DNA of 64,000 nucleotides from Rhizophagus irregularis (Eukaryota). A program made the translations under genes and the position numbers. Below, piece by piece: positions 13,972-27,135 of this stretch (positions within the stretch are counted from its first letter, which is position 1; each line of letters begins with the position of its first letter). Location of the stretch: contig NC_089431.1 of the NCBI RefSeq assembly GCF_026210795.1, forward strand, positions 3,968,001 through 4,032,000. Direction: 5' to 3'. The notes under the pieces are model-generated. The model was not told the DNA's origin. It saw nothing but the letters and a program-made list of their open reading frames with translations, and did not search any database.

Positions 13972-14300
13972 TATGGCAAGCCGAGTTAGAGACATTTTAC
14001 CTGTTCATGCTTGATGTTCATTTATGTGTTTATGCTTGATATTTGGTCCGTCTGTAAAACATCAGGCATGAACAGATAAGACATCAAGCACGAACAGCTA
14101 AAATATCAAGCACGGACAGATAAAACATCAAGCATGTGATAGATAAATATCAAGCATGACGGATAGATAAAATATCAGCACATGACAGATGAATATCGCA
14201 GTTGAAGCACGGACAGATGAACATCAGGCACGGTGTAACATTTTGTCAATCCATGCTTGATTTTTCACCCGGATAGTTTAGTCCAACTCGGCTTGCCATA
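13972..14300. mobile_element. MITE, 329 bp, 16-bp TIR, 6-bp TSD (possibly IS3EU-like)
   Basis: TIR TATGGCAAGCCGAGTT / AACTCGGCTTGCCATA; ACCTAC at 13966-13971 and 14301-14306; internal tandem CATCAAGCA-x-GACAGATA units. Confidence 0.85.
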
Positions 14301-14578
14301 ACCTACCACGTGAATTTCTAGTTGATCATTCCTTGATAGAATTCTTTTATTCTTTGATGGGGTTCTTTTATTCTTTGATGGGGTTCTTGTCAAATTTTAT
14401 TCAAAAATCTTCCAAAATGAGCTTCTAGATTATTTACCTGCGAGGAATGAATGTATAGAATTTTTCATGGAAATTTGTAAAAAGAATTCCGTGTTAAATT
14501 CTACCACAAATATATATACTAGAAAGTTTTCTTAACGTTACAAACGAATGAAATTTTTATTTTAAATGAATTGAAACA

Positions 14579-16627
14579 ATGGAACAACCAGTAAATTATA
14601 AACATAAAATTGACTTTTTAATATCGGACAACACGCCTTCAACTCAACCAACACGAAACTCACAAAACAGATATAAGAAATGTAATGAATGTAATAGAAA
14701 AAGAAAAATTTTTGATAAAAGTCACGAGATTTGTCACGTGTGTTACAATAAAGACAATGCTTAAGCCTAAACAAAGTGGAAACCAAGTTATTGACGATTT
14801 TATCAGATATACTCAAAGTAATTATGCCATTATAGAAGGTGGTAAAATGGAGTTTATTCCTTATGATCAATTTAAAAATATAGAATTTATTGCCGAAGGA
14901 GGATTTAGTAAAATTTATAAAGCCATTTGGGTTAATGGCCCGATTAATAATTGGGATGAGATTAAACATAATGATTGGAATATTACTCGTAACAATAATT
15001 ATACCGTTGTCCTCAAAAAGCTTAACAATTCTAAAAACATTACATCCAAGGAACTGAATGAGGTAATGTACATGTACACGCAATATTTTTATATCTTTAA
15101 TGTAATGATTGAAAGGCAATGATTTTTTTTTAGCTCAAGATACTTTATCAGATTGCTTCTTCAACTAAAAACCTATATATAGGCCACCTTAGTGAATATT
15201 TTGGAATTACTCAAGAACCTAATACTAAAGATATTGTGTTTATTATGGAATATTATGCTTTAGGAGATTTGATGCATTATTTGAATAATGACTTCTATAA
15301 TATTAGTTGGGAAACGAAATTATATGGATTATGGAATATAACAAATGGATTTTGTCTTATACATGGCACTGGAATTACCCACAGAGATTTACATAGTGGA
15401 AATATCTTTTTTGATGGCAACCTTTCATATATAGGTGATCTAGGAATAAGTAAATCTGCAACTGAATGTACAAATAATAATAATGAGAAATATGGTATTA
15501 TTCCTTATATGGCACCAGAGATTTTTCAAGGACAAAAATATACTAAGGCTTTAGATATATATAGTTTTGGGATGATTATGCGGGAGTTTATGACAGGCAG
15601 AAGACCTTTTTGGAATGAAAATCATGATATAGAACTTATAATCAAAATATGTGATGGTTTACGGCCGCCAATTGTTACAAATGCACCTGAAGGATATATT
15701 GAATTAATGAAAAGTTGCTGGCATTCTGATCCAAATAAAAGACCAACAGCTTTAGACATATTCTATGGAGTCGATAAAATATGGGCTAATGAAATTAATC
15801 TAATTCAAACTAAAATTATAGAATCATCAGACATTGGACCTGTAATAACAAATAATACAGGTGCAATTTATAAAAGTAGACCTTTAAGTAGAATGATTAA
15901 TTCTGCAATGTCTTTAAGGAATTCAAGGAGTCAATCGATTGGTAAACAATTTTATGGCGCTAACTACATACATTTTGTTGTAAGAAAATATTTTTTTTAT
16001 TTACTTTTGAAACAATTACTTAGATCCATTTTATTATTATCAGAAAAACAATGCAGCATTTATTGGTATTTAATTAATTAATTATTATTTGATATTTTAT
16101 TTGTGCTATCATTAATATAATTTATTTAAAGATAAAAGGAAGTTTAACAATTCAATTGAAGACGGTAATGATAATGGTACGAAAATTAAACTTTGTGTAT
16201 AATTTGCCGATAAAAAGTTGAACCACATCTTTTATTGTACTCAACTATTTTATTCGAATTTAAATTTTTATAATTACTACAGTAAAATAGTTTTTTTCAT
16301 TTACAATTATTTTTTTTTTTGAAAATAATTAATTATCTAGACCAGGAGAAAATTATTCGGAAATGAAAATTCTGGTAAATGACGACCTCTCACTTATTTA
16401 TATTTTAGTTAATTCATAAATTTAATTAGATTTTTATGCTTCATTAGAATATTTTGCAAAAGAAATAGAGTTAGACATTAATAAAAATTTAAATGAACCT
16501 CAAAATAACGGTAAGTAAATATGTTATGTTGCTTTCCACTATTTTCCAAATAATAATTCAAATTTTTTAAACTTAAAATATAGAATATGTTACAAAGGAA
16601 TTTGATATTGATATAAATAATATTTGA
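14579..16627 (+). CDS. Tyrosine-kinase-like protein kinase, multi-exon, with a probable frameshift near 14750
   Basis: IAEGGFSKIYKA, VVLKKL, HRDLHSGN, DLG, GIIPYMAPE and DIYSFG motifs. Intron ~15063-15132 and several short 3' exons ending EFDIDINNI. The N-terminal CxxC..CxxC segment is out of frame with SGNQVIDDFI. Confidence 0.75.
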
Positions 16628-17828
16628 ATATATGAAATTTTAAATTTATTTGTATTATTTTATTTGTTATACGAATATTATGGCGAAATAAATATCATAT
16701 GTTCAAATGATACATAGAATAAAAACTCATGTCATTTCAAAGAAAATGTTAATTTGTTCATTAGTCAACGTATTTTTACGCAAGAACTATTATCAATTTT
16801 AATTGTTATCCAAAATATTAAATAAATTTGGGATGAAATTTATCATACATTTATTACATTATAATTTTACTATCATTTATTTTTTATAAAAAAAAGGAAT
16901 AGTAGTACGTGAACGGTCACCGTAAATAATTGGTTTTGAATCGAGATATCATTTGTCAAAGTTTGGGCCTAATCGAAAAAAAAATTTTTAATAACAATAA
17001 GTACTAAATGCCCAAAAGAAATGATATTAGCAAAAGGTTTAGGAATAAACAGAAAAAAAAAAAGATAATTGGTATTCTCAAAATATTGTCTTTACGCGCA
17101 TTCCAAAAATGTTGCATAAAAATGTTTGAAAAAAAGATTATTTTGAAAACCGTGTTAATTTTAAATTAGTTTTAGATTTGACATAGTATGCATAAATTGT
17201 TTATCTTTATATAATGGTAATTTATTTGTAGAAGTTACTACATCTATTATATACCTAAGTCGTAATAATGAGTAAGATTAATGAGAACATATGAATCATT
17301 ATATGTAAATTTAATGATTTATGAGTCATATGATTCATTTATTATTAATCATATTTAATGTAAGCCATATTTGGATAATTAACTAATGATACTGTATGAC
17401 TAAAAAAAAAAATAAGTATTACAATGAAACATAACAATATAAATATTACAAAATGAATCAGCTTTTATCATTTTAATCCATTATTACAAAAAATAATAAG
17501 CTGATTTTTTAGTTTGTCATTTTTTATAAGAATAAGTCAAATTGACAAATAATTTATCAGTTCAAGTCATATCATTTTTTTGCATATTTAAGATGTCTAA
17601 TTTTTCTTCCAATTTTTGCTTTTCATAAATTCTTTGCTTTTTGCTTTTGTAAATATTAACAAATTCTACAATCTACAATCTTATCTATATAACCTACAGT
17701 ATATATAATATAATACTTATAATACTTTATATTTTTTTTAGAATTAGAAATACTTTATATTTTTTTTAGAATTAGAATTATATTGGATTTGATTATATTG
17801 GATTTGAAGAACTTGTTTTTTATTTAAA

Positions 17829-19921
17829 TGAACCAAGAAAAATTTCTTACCATGGATTTTTGAAACTTAACTGAAATACTATTATTGCTTCATTGTCTCA
17901 ATTAACTAATTTTCCATTAGAAAAGTTTGGATTAATCGCTTTTTGCATAATGCAAAAAAGTTATTTGATTCAAATACTTTTACTGAATTAAAGAAAAAGG
18001 TATGTTTTATTTTTATTTTGCAAAGTTGGGTAACTCTCTAATATCCATGGTGGTCACTTTTTGAGAATTACTGGTCTCGTTCGCCTGGTAACCACTCCGG
18101 GCTCTCATTCCAGGCGCCCTACTTTGTTGTTAGTAAAGTCTGCTAATTCTGGAGGAGGAACTGGCTATGTACCTTCTTTACTACTAAATAAAAATTTAGC
18201 ATACATTAACAATTTGCTTTCTTATAATAGGTAATTGAAGAGTATCAACGTAAAAAAGATTTGCAAATATATTGGCAAGAAGTTATCAAAGAATATGAAG
18301 AAAGTCAGAAAATTATTAAGGAATATGAAAAAGAAAATATGATTACTACTGTTACACCTCTTCCAAAAAAGCCAATTAAATTTTCTGAAACTTTACAATC
18401 AAAAGAAAAATCTTTTTACCACTGTTAAATCACATTCTAAAACTTTACAATCAGATATATCTTTACTTTCAAAAAAAACAGGTAACCTTTCTGAAACTTC
18501 ACAACTAGATTTATCTAAATTTTCATGAACTTGAAACTAAAACTTTACAATCAGATATATCTTTACTTTCAAAAAAAACAGGTAAAAGTTCTGTTAAAAA
18601 TCTTTCTGAAACTTCACAACTAGATTTATCTAAATTTTCATGAACTTGAAAATGAATCTTATGCTAATTTATTTTATAAATATACTGAAAAGGATGTTAA
18701 AAATAAGGTTATAGAATATCCAATGGACCTATTTACTATAAATTCAAAATTAGAAAATAATCAATATACAAGTTTAAAAGAATTTGAAAAAGATATTCAT
18801 TTAATATTTTGTAATTGTTATACATATAATGATATTAAAAGTAAAGAATATTGTTCAGGTAAAATATTAGAATCTATTTTTAATGAAAAATGGAATGAAA
18901 AAATTATTCTTTATGATAGACAAACAAGAGAACTGAAAAGAGTAAGAGATACTGATACTGATGATACTGATGATACTGATAGATCCTGGAAGAAACAATG
19001 TCAAATTTTAGAACATAATAAAAATAATTTAATATATAGACAGGTTATTAATAATGCGCTCCTTATTGCTTCAGCATATGAAAGTCTTGTTATAGGTAAT
19101 AATTTTATACCTTTTATTGAAATTTTAAAGACATTTCTATTAACTAGATCAAGAATGTCTTTATCTTTAGCAAATGAATCTATACTTCAGGCAATTATTG
19201 AAAGTCTTTTACCATTAAAGACTCAACAGAATTTTTTTAAACATTTCGACAAGTTAAATTTTTAATTTAATAAAATTAATTACAATCGCTTTGACTTCCC
19301 TTTGTTTGTAATATTACTTTGTAATATTACAAATTTATTATTATAATATTTTTAGGGTTTTCAAACTTCACGGTGATCAAGTGAATCTTATTAAAATATC
19401 GTATTCCAGAGCTTTCATTAGTAATGGATGGTAAAAAGTTAAAGGGATCAGGTCGCTTTGGTTATTCAGATATTTTTGTTTTGAAAGGAATAGGTGATAT
19501 TTACTATATTAGCTTAGAATTAAAATATATTCCATTAGTTGGTTTAATAAAAAATCAGAAAGTTAAATATGGTGCAAATGAGTTAGAAAACTTAGATAAA
19601 ATCCTTGAAAAGGAAAATGAAGAAGATTTACTAAAAAGACCATATGCATATTGGTCTAAAGAATATAAAAGAACAAACCAGACAACTATAGGTGAAGTAT
19701 TAAACAGTGGTATAAGTCAACTGGAATCATATATGAATACAATTTCAAAGGGAAGAGTTGTTGATTATTCTAGTTCAGGAATATTTGATGAACGTGTCAA
19801 AATAGTTAAATCAAATCCTAATAAATTAAAAGGATTTGTCATTTTAGTAATTGGTTTTCATTGTATTTTATGGAAACCTGTTGATGAAGTAATATCTAAT
19901 TATACATATAATATAATTTAA
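17829..19921 (+). pseudogene. Bromodomain plus PD-(D/E)XK nuclease-like (DUF1703/PDDEXK_9-type) fusion gene, disrupted
   Basis: EYPMDLFTINSKLENNQYTSLKEFEKDIHLIFCNCYTYN is a bromodomain core. Downstream ANESILQAIIE...RIPEL...GRFGYSDIFV...LELKY fits a PD-(D/E)XK core. 5' exon 17829-17999 is frameshifted; there is a ~100-bp tandem duplication (18438-18652) and a 172-bp insertion. Confidence 0.7.
19218..19389. mobile_element. 172-bp insertion (MITE-like) with ATTA duplication
   Basis: Ends AAGACTCA / TGAATCTT form an imperfect TIR; ATTA at 19214-19217 and 19390-19393. Removal restores LLPLKYRIPELSLVMDG, joining ORFs 18723 and 19424 in frame. Confidence 0.75.
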
Positions 19922-20589
19922 GTATTTATATAAAAAATTGCAAGGTTTAATACTTTCAGAATAAAGATATAGTAAATAATAAGTATCTAGTATTATACAA
20001 TAATTACATTTTAGTTGTATCATAATTAGATTAGTTTATAAAATATTTTTTTTTTGAAAATATTTTTAAAATATACTACTTTATTTTCAATCCAATTATT
20101 TACTTAGTTGTTAATATTAGTAATATTAGAAATTTCAAACCAATTTTCAGTAGGCTAAATTAAAATTTTGTTTACTGTATATCCATTTGTATAATATATA
20201 TTTGGAATTATTTACCTATATATATTGTATACCATTTGCGCATTGTTATTTGTTATGACTACTATATAAAGTAAAATTTAGATAATAATAAATTATTACA
20301 AGTACACTAAGGATCAATTATAGGGAAATTTATAAATATCAAACTTTTATATTTAATTAGCTATCAGACTATCAATCTAAACAATCTTCAGTTAAAATCC
20401 TTTAATTACTTCTACTTCTACTATATTTAATTGTCCATTATCAGTAGGATATCACCAGAAGGTAAAATCTTTTGGTGTATAATATATCAACTTCAAATAA
20501 TACATAATAAGGTTAAAATTTCAGTTAATATACCAATTTCCTTAATTAAAAATTGTATCTTAAAATTTATTTCCTTTTGCTCAAGGAGA

Positions 20590-21034
20590 TATAGTTGCCG
20601 CTGAAATTATTATTACGGTTACGGCACGTGCCGTAATCACCGTAATTAAAAACCGTAAACCGTAATTGCCATAATGCCGTAATGCCGTAATTTAACTTGA
20701 CGCCGTAATGCCGTAGTGTAATATGCCGTAAATAAATAAGACTAAACTTAATTTCAGCCGTTCGTAATGCCCGGTCAACTTTTTTATCGCGTTATATCAC
20801 ATGACGTTACACCAATTTCCAAAAAAGGAAATTTTGTCCCCAATAAATCAAAGAAATGGGTTACGAAAGGTTACACAAGTTTCTAAAAAAGGAGATATTT
20901 TTGCCGATCATTTGGTATTATTCAAGTCACGTGATTATAATCAATTACGGCATTTTATTACGGTTACGGCATTATTTACGACATATGCCGTAATGCCGAA
21001 ATGCCGTAATTAGGGAATTTCGACGGCACCTATA
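20590..21034. mobile_element. hAT-type MITE, 445 bp, 8-bp TSD
   Basis: Imperfect TIR TATAGTTGCCGCTGAAATT / AATTTCGACGGCACCTATA; TSD CAAGGAGA at 20582-20589 and 21035-21042; many subterminal GCCGTAAT/ATTACGG motifs. Confidence 0.85.
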
Positions 21035-22897
21035 CAAGGAGACTTATAATAAATCGTACTTTCATTCCTTGATGAATAACATTCCTGAAAGTAAATAAAA
21101 TCATTATATAAATAATTTGATTTATTTAAATTTGCAAGTATAACTAATATAATAAAGATTTAAAGATAAAATGGCAACTGACTGCTATTCTTAATAAGAA
21201 ATTTCAACAATAATAATAAAAGCAGAATAGGATAGTTTTCTTCTTCCATTTTACCTCAATTAAGTTTTAAAATAATTTCCATAATCACTTATAAGGATGC
21301 TTACCAAAACTATTTTTCAAAATTTTAGTTTAGTCAAAATTCAACCTGAACTAATTTTTATAATAAAACTTAATTGCCTAAACTGTTTTTATGCTTTTCT
21401 GAAACTTAATTATAATTTAGGAAAGTTTCGGATTTACAAATTTTTTCATTAAAAATAAAGTTTTTGAGTTTCAAATTTTTAATTTTATCGTTAGATGAGT
21501 TTCAGGTAGCAACACTAATCACTTATGATCTTACAAATGCATTTGGCTTTTGTAAAAAGTTTTAATATTATCTAGATCCTTATTGGTAGTACTATAAGTG
21601 ACGGAATAAAAGTATTTACTTTTGATTATTTTAGAAAGTTTAATTAGCTTTTGAAAGAGATGTAGCAGTAGTAATTTTCTGACTTTTTTCATATTCTTTA
21701 ATAACTTCTTGCCAATATATTTGCAAATCTTTTTATTACCTATTATATGAAAGCAGATTGTTAATGGTATGCTAAATTTTTTATTTAGTAGTAAAAAAGG
21801 TAGAGCCTGGAGTGGTTACCAGGTGAGTAAGACCAGTAATTTATCATGATGGGTATTAGGGAGATACCTACCTTTGCAAAATAAATATAAAAACACATAC
21901 CTTTTTTTAATTCAGTTGAATCAAATAATTCTTTTGCATTATGCAAAAAGTAAGTAATATTAATGAGCTAATGAAACAATAATAGTATTTTGGTTATGTT
22001 TCAAAAATTTGTGGTAAGATGAATTAATTTTCAGTTGTACTTATAATTAGTTTATTAATTTCAAAAAAATATAAAGTTCAAAAAAGTATAAAGTATTATA
22101 TATATAAAGTATTATAGATTATAGATTGTAGAATTTATAAAAAATCTACAGTTTAAGTTTATTATTTTGTAATAATGGTCAAACTGATAAAAGCGTGTAT
22201 TATACGTGTAATCCGTTTAAAACCAGCACTATAGCGAAATATGATGATTACAATGTAAACTCAACTTTTTTGCTTAATTTCTTATAATTTACTGCATAAC
22301 ACTTACCAACCATGCAAAAAACGCAAAGTAAGGTCACATCTGAAGTGCGTACAATGTAAACTCCTTTTTTACAATAGTGAGCATGCAATTTTATTAGTTT
22401 ATCTTTTTTCTTAGGTATTTTTTAATTTACATATGACATGTTATTTACGAAATATAAATAAAATTTTGCAATCATTTGTCTAATTATTTCAGGTGCATTA
22501 AAAAGGTAAGGTCTAAATGACCGAAATTTCACCCCGATTTTTAATACGACAGTGCCGTCTTGGATCAGTGAAAAAAAAAACAATTTTTTTTTTAGCCTTA
22601 AAATCGGAGATAAATGATCAAAACTTAGACAGATGTGTATGTCAAGTTGAACATACAAACATACAAGCACAAGTAGGTAACTTTCACGAATTTTTTTTTA
22701 ATTTACAAGAATTCTTCACACAAATATTAACAACAAATTAGACATTATTCAATAAATCTAAGAGCATTTTTAATGATAATTATAATTCTTAATTTAAATC
22801 AACATAAAGTATAATTATACGTTTAATTAAAAGAATCCGTTCATATTCAGAAATCAGAAACCCGCCTTATTTCACAATGTAAACGATGAGAAAATGA

Positions 22898-23140
22898 TTA
22901 AAAATGTTTCTTCGTAATTTGAAATATTTCGTATTCTTCTACAGAAAATTTATTACTATTATTTCTGATCGGTTTATTATATAGAAGTAATTTCAATAAA
23001 TAACAATTATCAAAGATATACAAAATAAGATCACTCTCCCTAAATGATGGACGATTAGATATGTCAAAATTTGTATTCCCTACACGACTCAAAATATGAT
23101 TATCGATACTTTTATTCTTATCGAAAGAAGAATATAAAAG
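22898..23140 (-). pseudogene. Orphan 3' TLDc fragment
   Basis: HILSRV..PSF.ESDLIL..KPIRNNSNKFSVEEYEIFQITKK with deletions and no upstream BTB. Confidence 0.75.
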
Positions 23141-23427
23141 TTGATCATCGCATTTAATAAAATCCTTTTATTCCTTGATAAAATATTCATTCAAAATCTT
23201 TCAAGATGGACTTCTGAAAAATCATCTACCGCATCTTACTATAAGAGCTTCTTTAAAGAATGAATTTATAGAATTTCACTTGAAGGAAAAAAATTCTTAT
23301 TCTTTAAATTTCATTGCAATAAAATATATGCAGGAACTTTTTTTATTTTTGCATTTTAAGATTTCCCGAGCGCTACAAGCGAATAAGCATACATTGCATG
23401 GAATTAAAAATTAAATTATTGTACAAT

Positions 23428-24998
23428 TTATACAATTTGAAATAATTCATATTCTTCTACAGAAAATTTGTCACAACTTTCTCTGATCGGTTTTTCATAG
23501 GAAGCCTTTTTACACAAACAATTATTTAAACCCAAACCTCCGCGCAAAATAAGATCACCATCTCCAAATGATGGACCGCGATTATCATGATTAGATATGG
23601 CAAAATTTTTATCCAGTACACGACTCAAAATATGATTCTCGATACCTTGATTTTTATCAAAAGAAAATATAAAACTATCGTTGGTAGTGACATATTTATT
23701 ATCAGTATTCCATTCGACTGGATTATACCCTCCAAGAATTTCGTCACTATCCTTCACTTTAATAATAGCTACGGTGCGAGCTTGATTATCGCAGTCTTTA
23801 CGAAAAATTTTACCTGCAAATCCATTAATAGAACCACGAAAAATTAACTTAAATTCATATGAAGTATTAACATTTGATCTATTAATCCATCCTGAGATTA
23901 ATCTAGCATGTTCTAATGTAATAATTTTTGAATTAATATTTGTAATATTGGTTGACTCAAATATCTGTGGTTCAATATTTGGAATATTACTTGTACTTGT
24001 CGACTGAGTTTCAATCTTTTCAAATGTCTGAGCTGGTTCGGATTGATCAGTTGGCTTATTATCGTAATCCAAAAAAAGTATTAACAAATCTATAAATAAT
24101 TTCTCAGGTAGAATTTCTCTATAAGGAAATACATGATCTAAAAATTCTTTTGAACTAAAATTATCAAACTTAATTAAAGAAATATATTGTTGTAAGGTAT
24201 TTTTTAATACACTAAAATCATCTCCAGAAAAACTTTTATGATCAGAAGGAAGTCCCGGATTTTGATCGAGTCCCCATTTAAGAACATATTTCCAAACTTG
24301 AACTTCATTCATTTTAAGGTTATCATTTTGAATAAGTGAGATTAAAATTTTTTCCGGAATTGAAGAAAAATTAAGTGAATTGAATATTTTATCTGGATTC
24401 TTTGATATAAGATCATTACAATAATTTTGAAGTTCCAATAAAGAATCATTTTCAAAACTTGTTTGATATATCATATTAAAATTTTGTTCCATCCAAGTTG
24501 AGTGCTTTTCAATCAAAAAAGATTGTAAATGATTAACTAATTCTTGAAGATCAAGTTCGCTAGCTGCAACTAAAGTTTTGATAACATCTGCTTCATCATG
24601 TCCTTCAAAAGATACCCTTCCTCCATAAATATATCTAAAATAAAAATAAAAAAAGAATAATATTTTTTTTTTAAAAAAAAAATAAGTAAAAAATTAAAAT
24701 AATAAATTTGTAAAATTAATTAAATTTATTAAAATTCTTACCTTAATATTATCTGAAAAATTTCAGGTAAAATACTTTGTAATTTAATATGTGCTAAAGT
24801 TCCGTCACTTTTTTTTTTATTAGTTGATATAATTTTTCGTAAATAAGGAGATCGATAATTTAATATATTCATATGTGCGCGGAATATTTTTACGTAAGGG
24901 TCAATACCAACTTCAATTGTAATGTCATAAAATTCATCATCATCTAAAATTTCAAGTAAATTTTGTGATAACTTTGGTAAAAATTTATCATCATCCAT
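23428..24998 (-). CDS. BTB/POZ-BACK-TLDc domain protein (2 exons: 24998-24742, 24634-23428)
   Basis: Same BTB start and intron position as the paralogues; TLDc ILGGYNPVEW, GPSFGDGDL, FSVEEYELFQIV; frame intact. Confidence 0.9.
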
Positions 24999-25396
24999 TA
25001 TTATAACCTTTTTTTTTTAAAAAAAAAGAAAAATAAAAGAAAAATAAACTTTTACTGATTAATCGTATTTATATTTATTTTGAGTGACGTGGCATTCGTG
25101 GCAGATCAAAATTTAATGATTTAGTTTTGAAGACAAGAAATTTTGACAAATGATTTTATATTACGGTGAAAAAAGAACCATTTCATAATACAAATTATAA
25201 ATATGTTTAGGTTTGATCGTGATTTGTTTCTATTCAGATATTAGAGTTGAATCTTCTTTAACATGTAAAATTGCATTTTAACTGAAAGTTTGAAAGATGC
25301 AAAAAACAAAAAAAAAATTTTTTTTAAAAAAAAACTTCTTTCGTAATTAAAAACTTTTATTAATAATTACAGTAGAACAAGTGAACAACGGATATA

Positions 25397-25637
25397 CTAC
25401 CGTAGGACCCAGAAATATATATATAGGGGTCAAAAAATTTTTTTACTATGAGCTGTACGCATTTTTTCAGGGCCGGAATTATGATAATGTCAGTCGGTTA
25501 CTATAATAGGAAATTAAATTTTGACTGGCATTATCAAAAATTATCTAAAAAAGGAGAGATTTTCATGATTTTTTTAGTTCAAAAATACGCAAACTCAAAC
25601 CTGACCATTTTATATATATTTCAGGGTCCTACCGTAG
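25397..25637. mobile_element. Tc1/mariner-type MITE, 241 bp
   Basis: TIR CTACCGTAGGACCCAGAAATATATATA versus reverse complement CTACGGTAGGACCCTGAAATATATATA; TA on both sides (25395-25396, 25638-25639). Confidence 0.8.
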
Positions 25638-27135
25638 TAATATTTGATTCTATGAAAGAATAATTTAAATGAAAGTATTTTTAATAAAACTGATGATACA
25701 GCACATATAAGATTTAATTAACATCATATACTGTAGGTCATCCAGAAAAAAATTTTTTAATCCAAACTTTAGGAAGAATGCATCACATTATTTATTTGAC
25801 TTAATATATACAAATATTATTATAATAAAATAATTTTTTATGCATGATTTATTAAAAAAATTTTTTAAAAGGGAAATTTACATGCATTTTTCATCTCTTA
25901 AAACTATCGGTCAGATCATTCGTTAAATTATCTACTGATCATTTTATTTTTTCAATTTTTTCAATTTTTTTAATTCTATTTATTTAAATATTTTTTTTAA
26001 AAAAAGTTTTATTGATTATTAAATTTTTTATGTGTGATTTAAAAAAATTTGTCTAAGAAATTTTTTATCAAAAGAAAAATTATATTTTTTTAGTTTTAGA
26101 AAAAGCCATTTTTCTATCTCTTAAAATCGATCAGCCGAAATTATTCATCCGATTAATAATTTTATTTAAATATAGTTATCGGTTTGATAAGAACCGAAAA
26201 AAGTATTTGAAAAAAGAAAAAATTCCCGTTTGGCTTAATAAACGTTTATAATGGAACTATGAAAATCTACAATAGATCAATAGATCAGGCGCAGAAATAT
26301 CATGTGTTTCCATGTTACACAAATTATTTTAGTTATATTCTTTTTTACATTCTTTTTTTTTCATTCTATTACGAAATTCAATATTATGTTACTATTTTTT
26401 TCGTAATGGAACTTAATAAATAATTTTACCATAATCCTACAGAAAAAATATGAAGTAATATTATGTAATATGATGTTTTGATACTTAGAAGGAGGAAAAT
26501 GTAAGTAATTCCTTTTTTATATCGAATCGAAGCAAAGCGAAGGACTTTCTCTGGAGATGAAATTGTAAATTTTGGTTATCCCCTGGTTAATAATTTGGTT
26601 GGCAAAACGTCATTCCACAAAAATCACCACTGTTTCCTTTTTTGACAATCGTGTCCTTTCCTTGTCTTTGTAACGAATAATACGAATAATAATCATTTTT
26701 TTATTTTTTCATTTTTTTTTTTAAAAAAAATTTTAATATTTTTTTTAATTAAAATTTGAAAATTTTCAGTCAAACTTAGTCTCAGTTGTTTTTTTTTTTT
26801 TTTTTTGTTAAACGTATTTTTAAATTATTTTATTAGTAAATATAACGCATCATAATACATAATAATCATAACATTAATACATTGAAATTCAATACTAAAA
26901 TAATAATGAATCTCTTCATAACAAAGCCAAGGTGTATCTAACCATGGCGTGGATGAACATAACCAAAGATAAAATAAACTTAGTCTCAGTTGTTACAGAC
27001 TTTCAACGGTTTCCGTTTTCCTAGTTTAATTGCTGATCCTCATGTGATGGGTAGAAATTTTGTGTAACTATTGCGGGCTATGATTTATAATTAAAAACGA
27101 ATACGTTCTGAATCTCGCGTTCCCCATTTTCAAAA

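Larger units (their letters stand above)
17460..22197. repeat. Diverged inverted duplication, arms ~17460-18350 and ~21660-22197
   Basis: GATTTGCAAATATATTGGCAAGAAGTTAT (~18258) is reverse-complemented at ~21700-21729; CCTGGTAACCACTCC (~18085) at ~21809-21823; TTTTGCATAATGCAAAA (~17940) at ~21931-21948. Confidence 0.8.
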
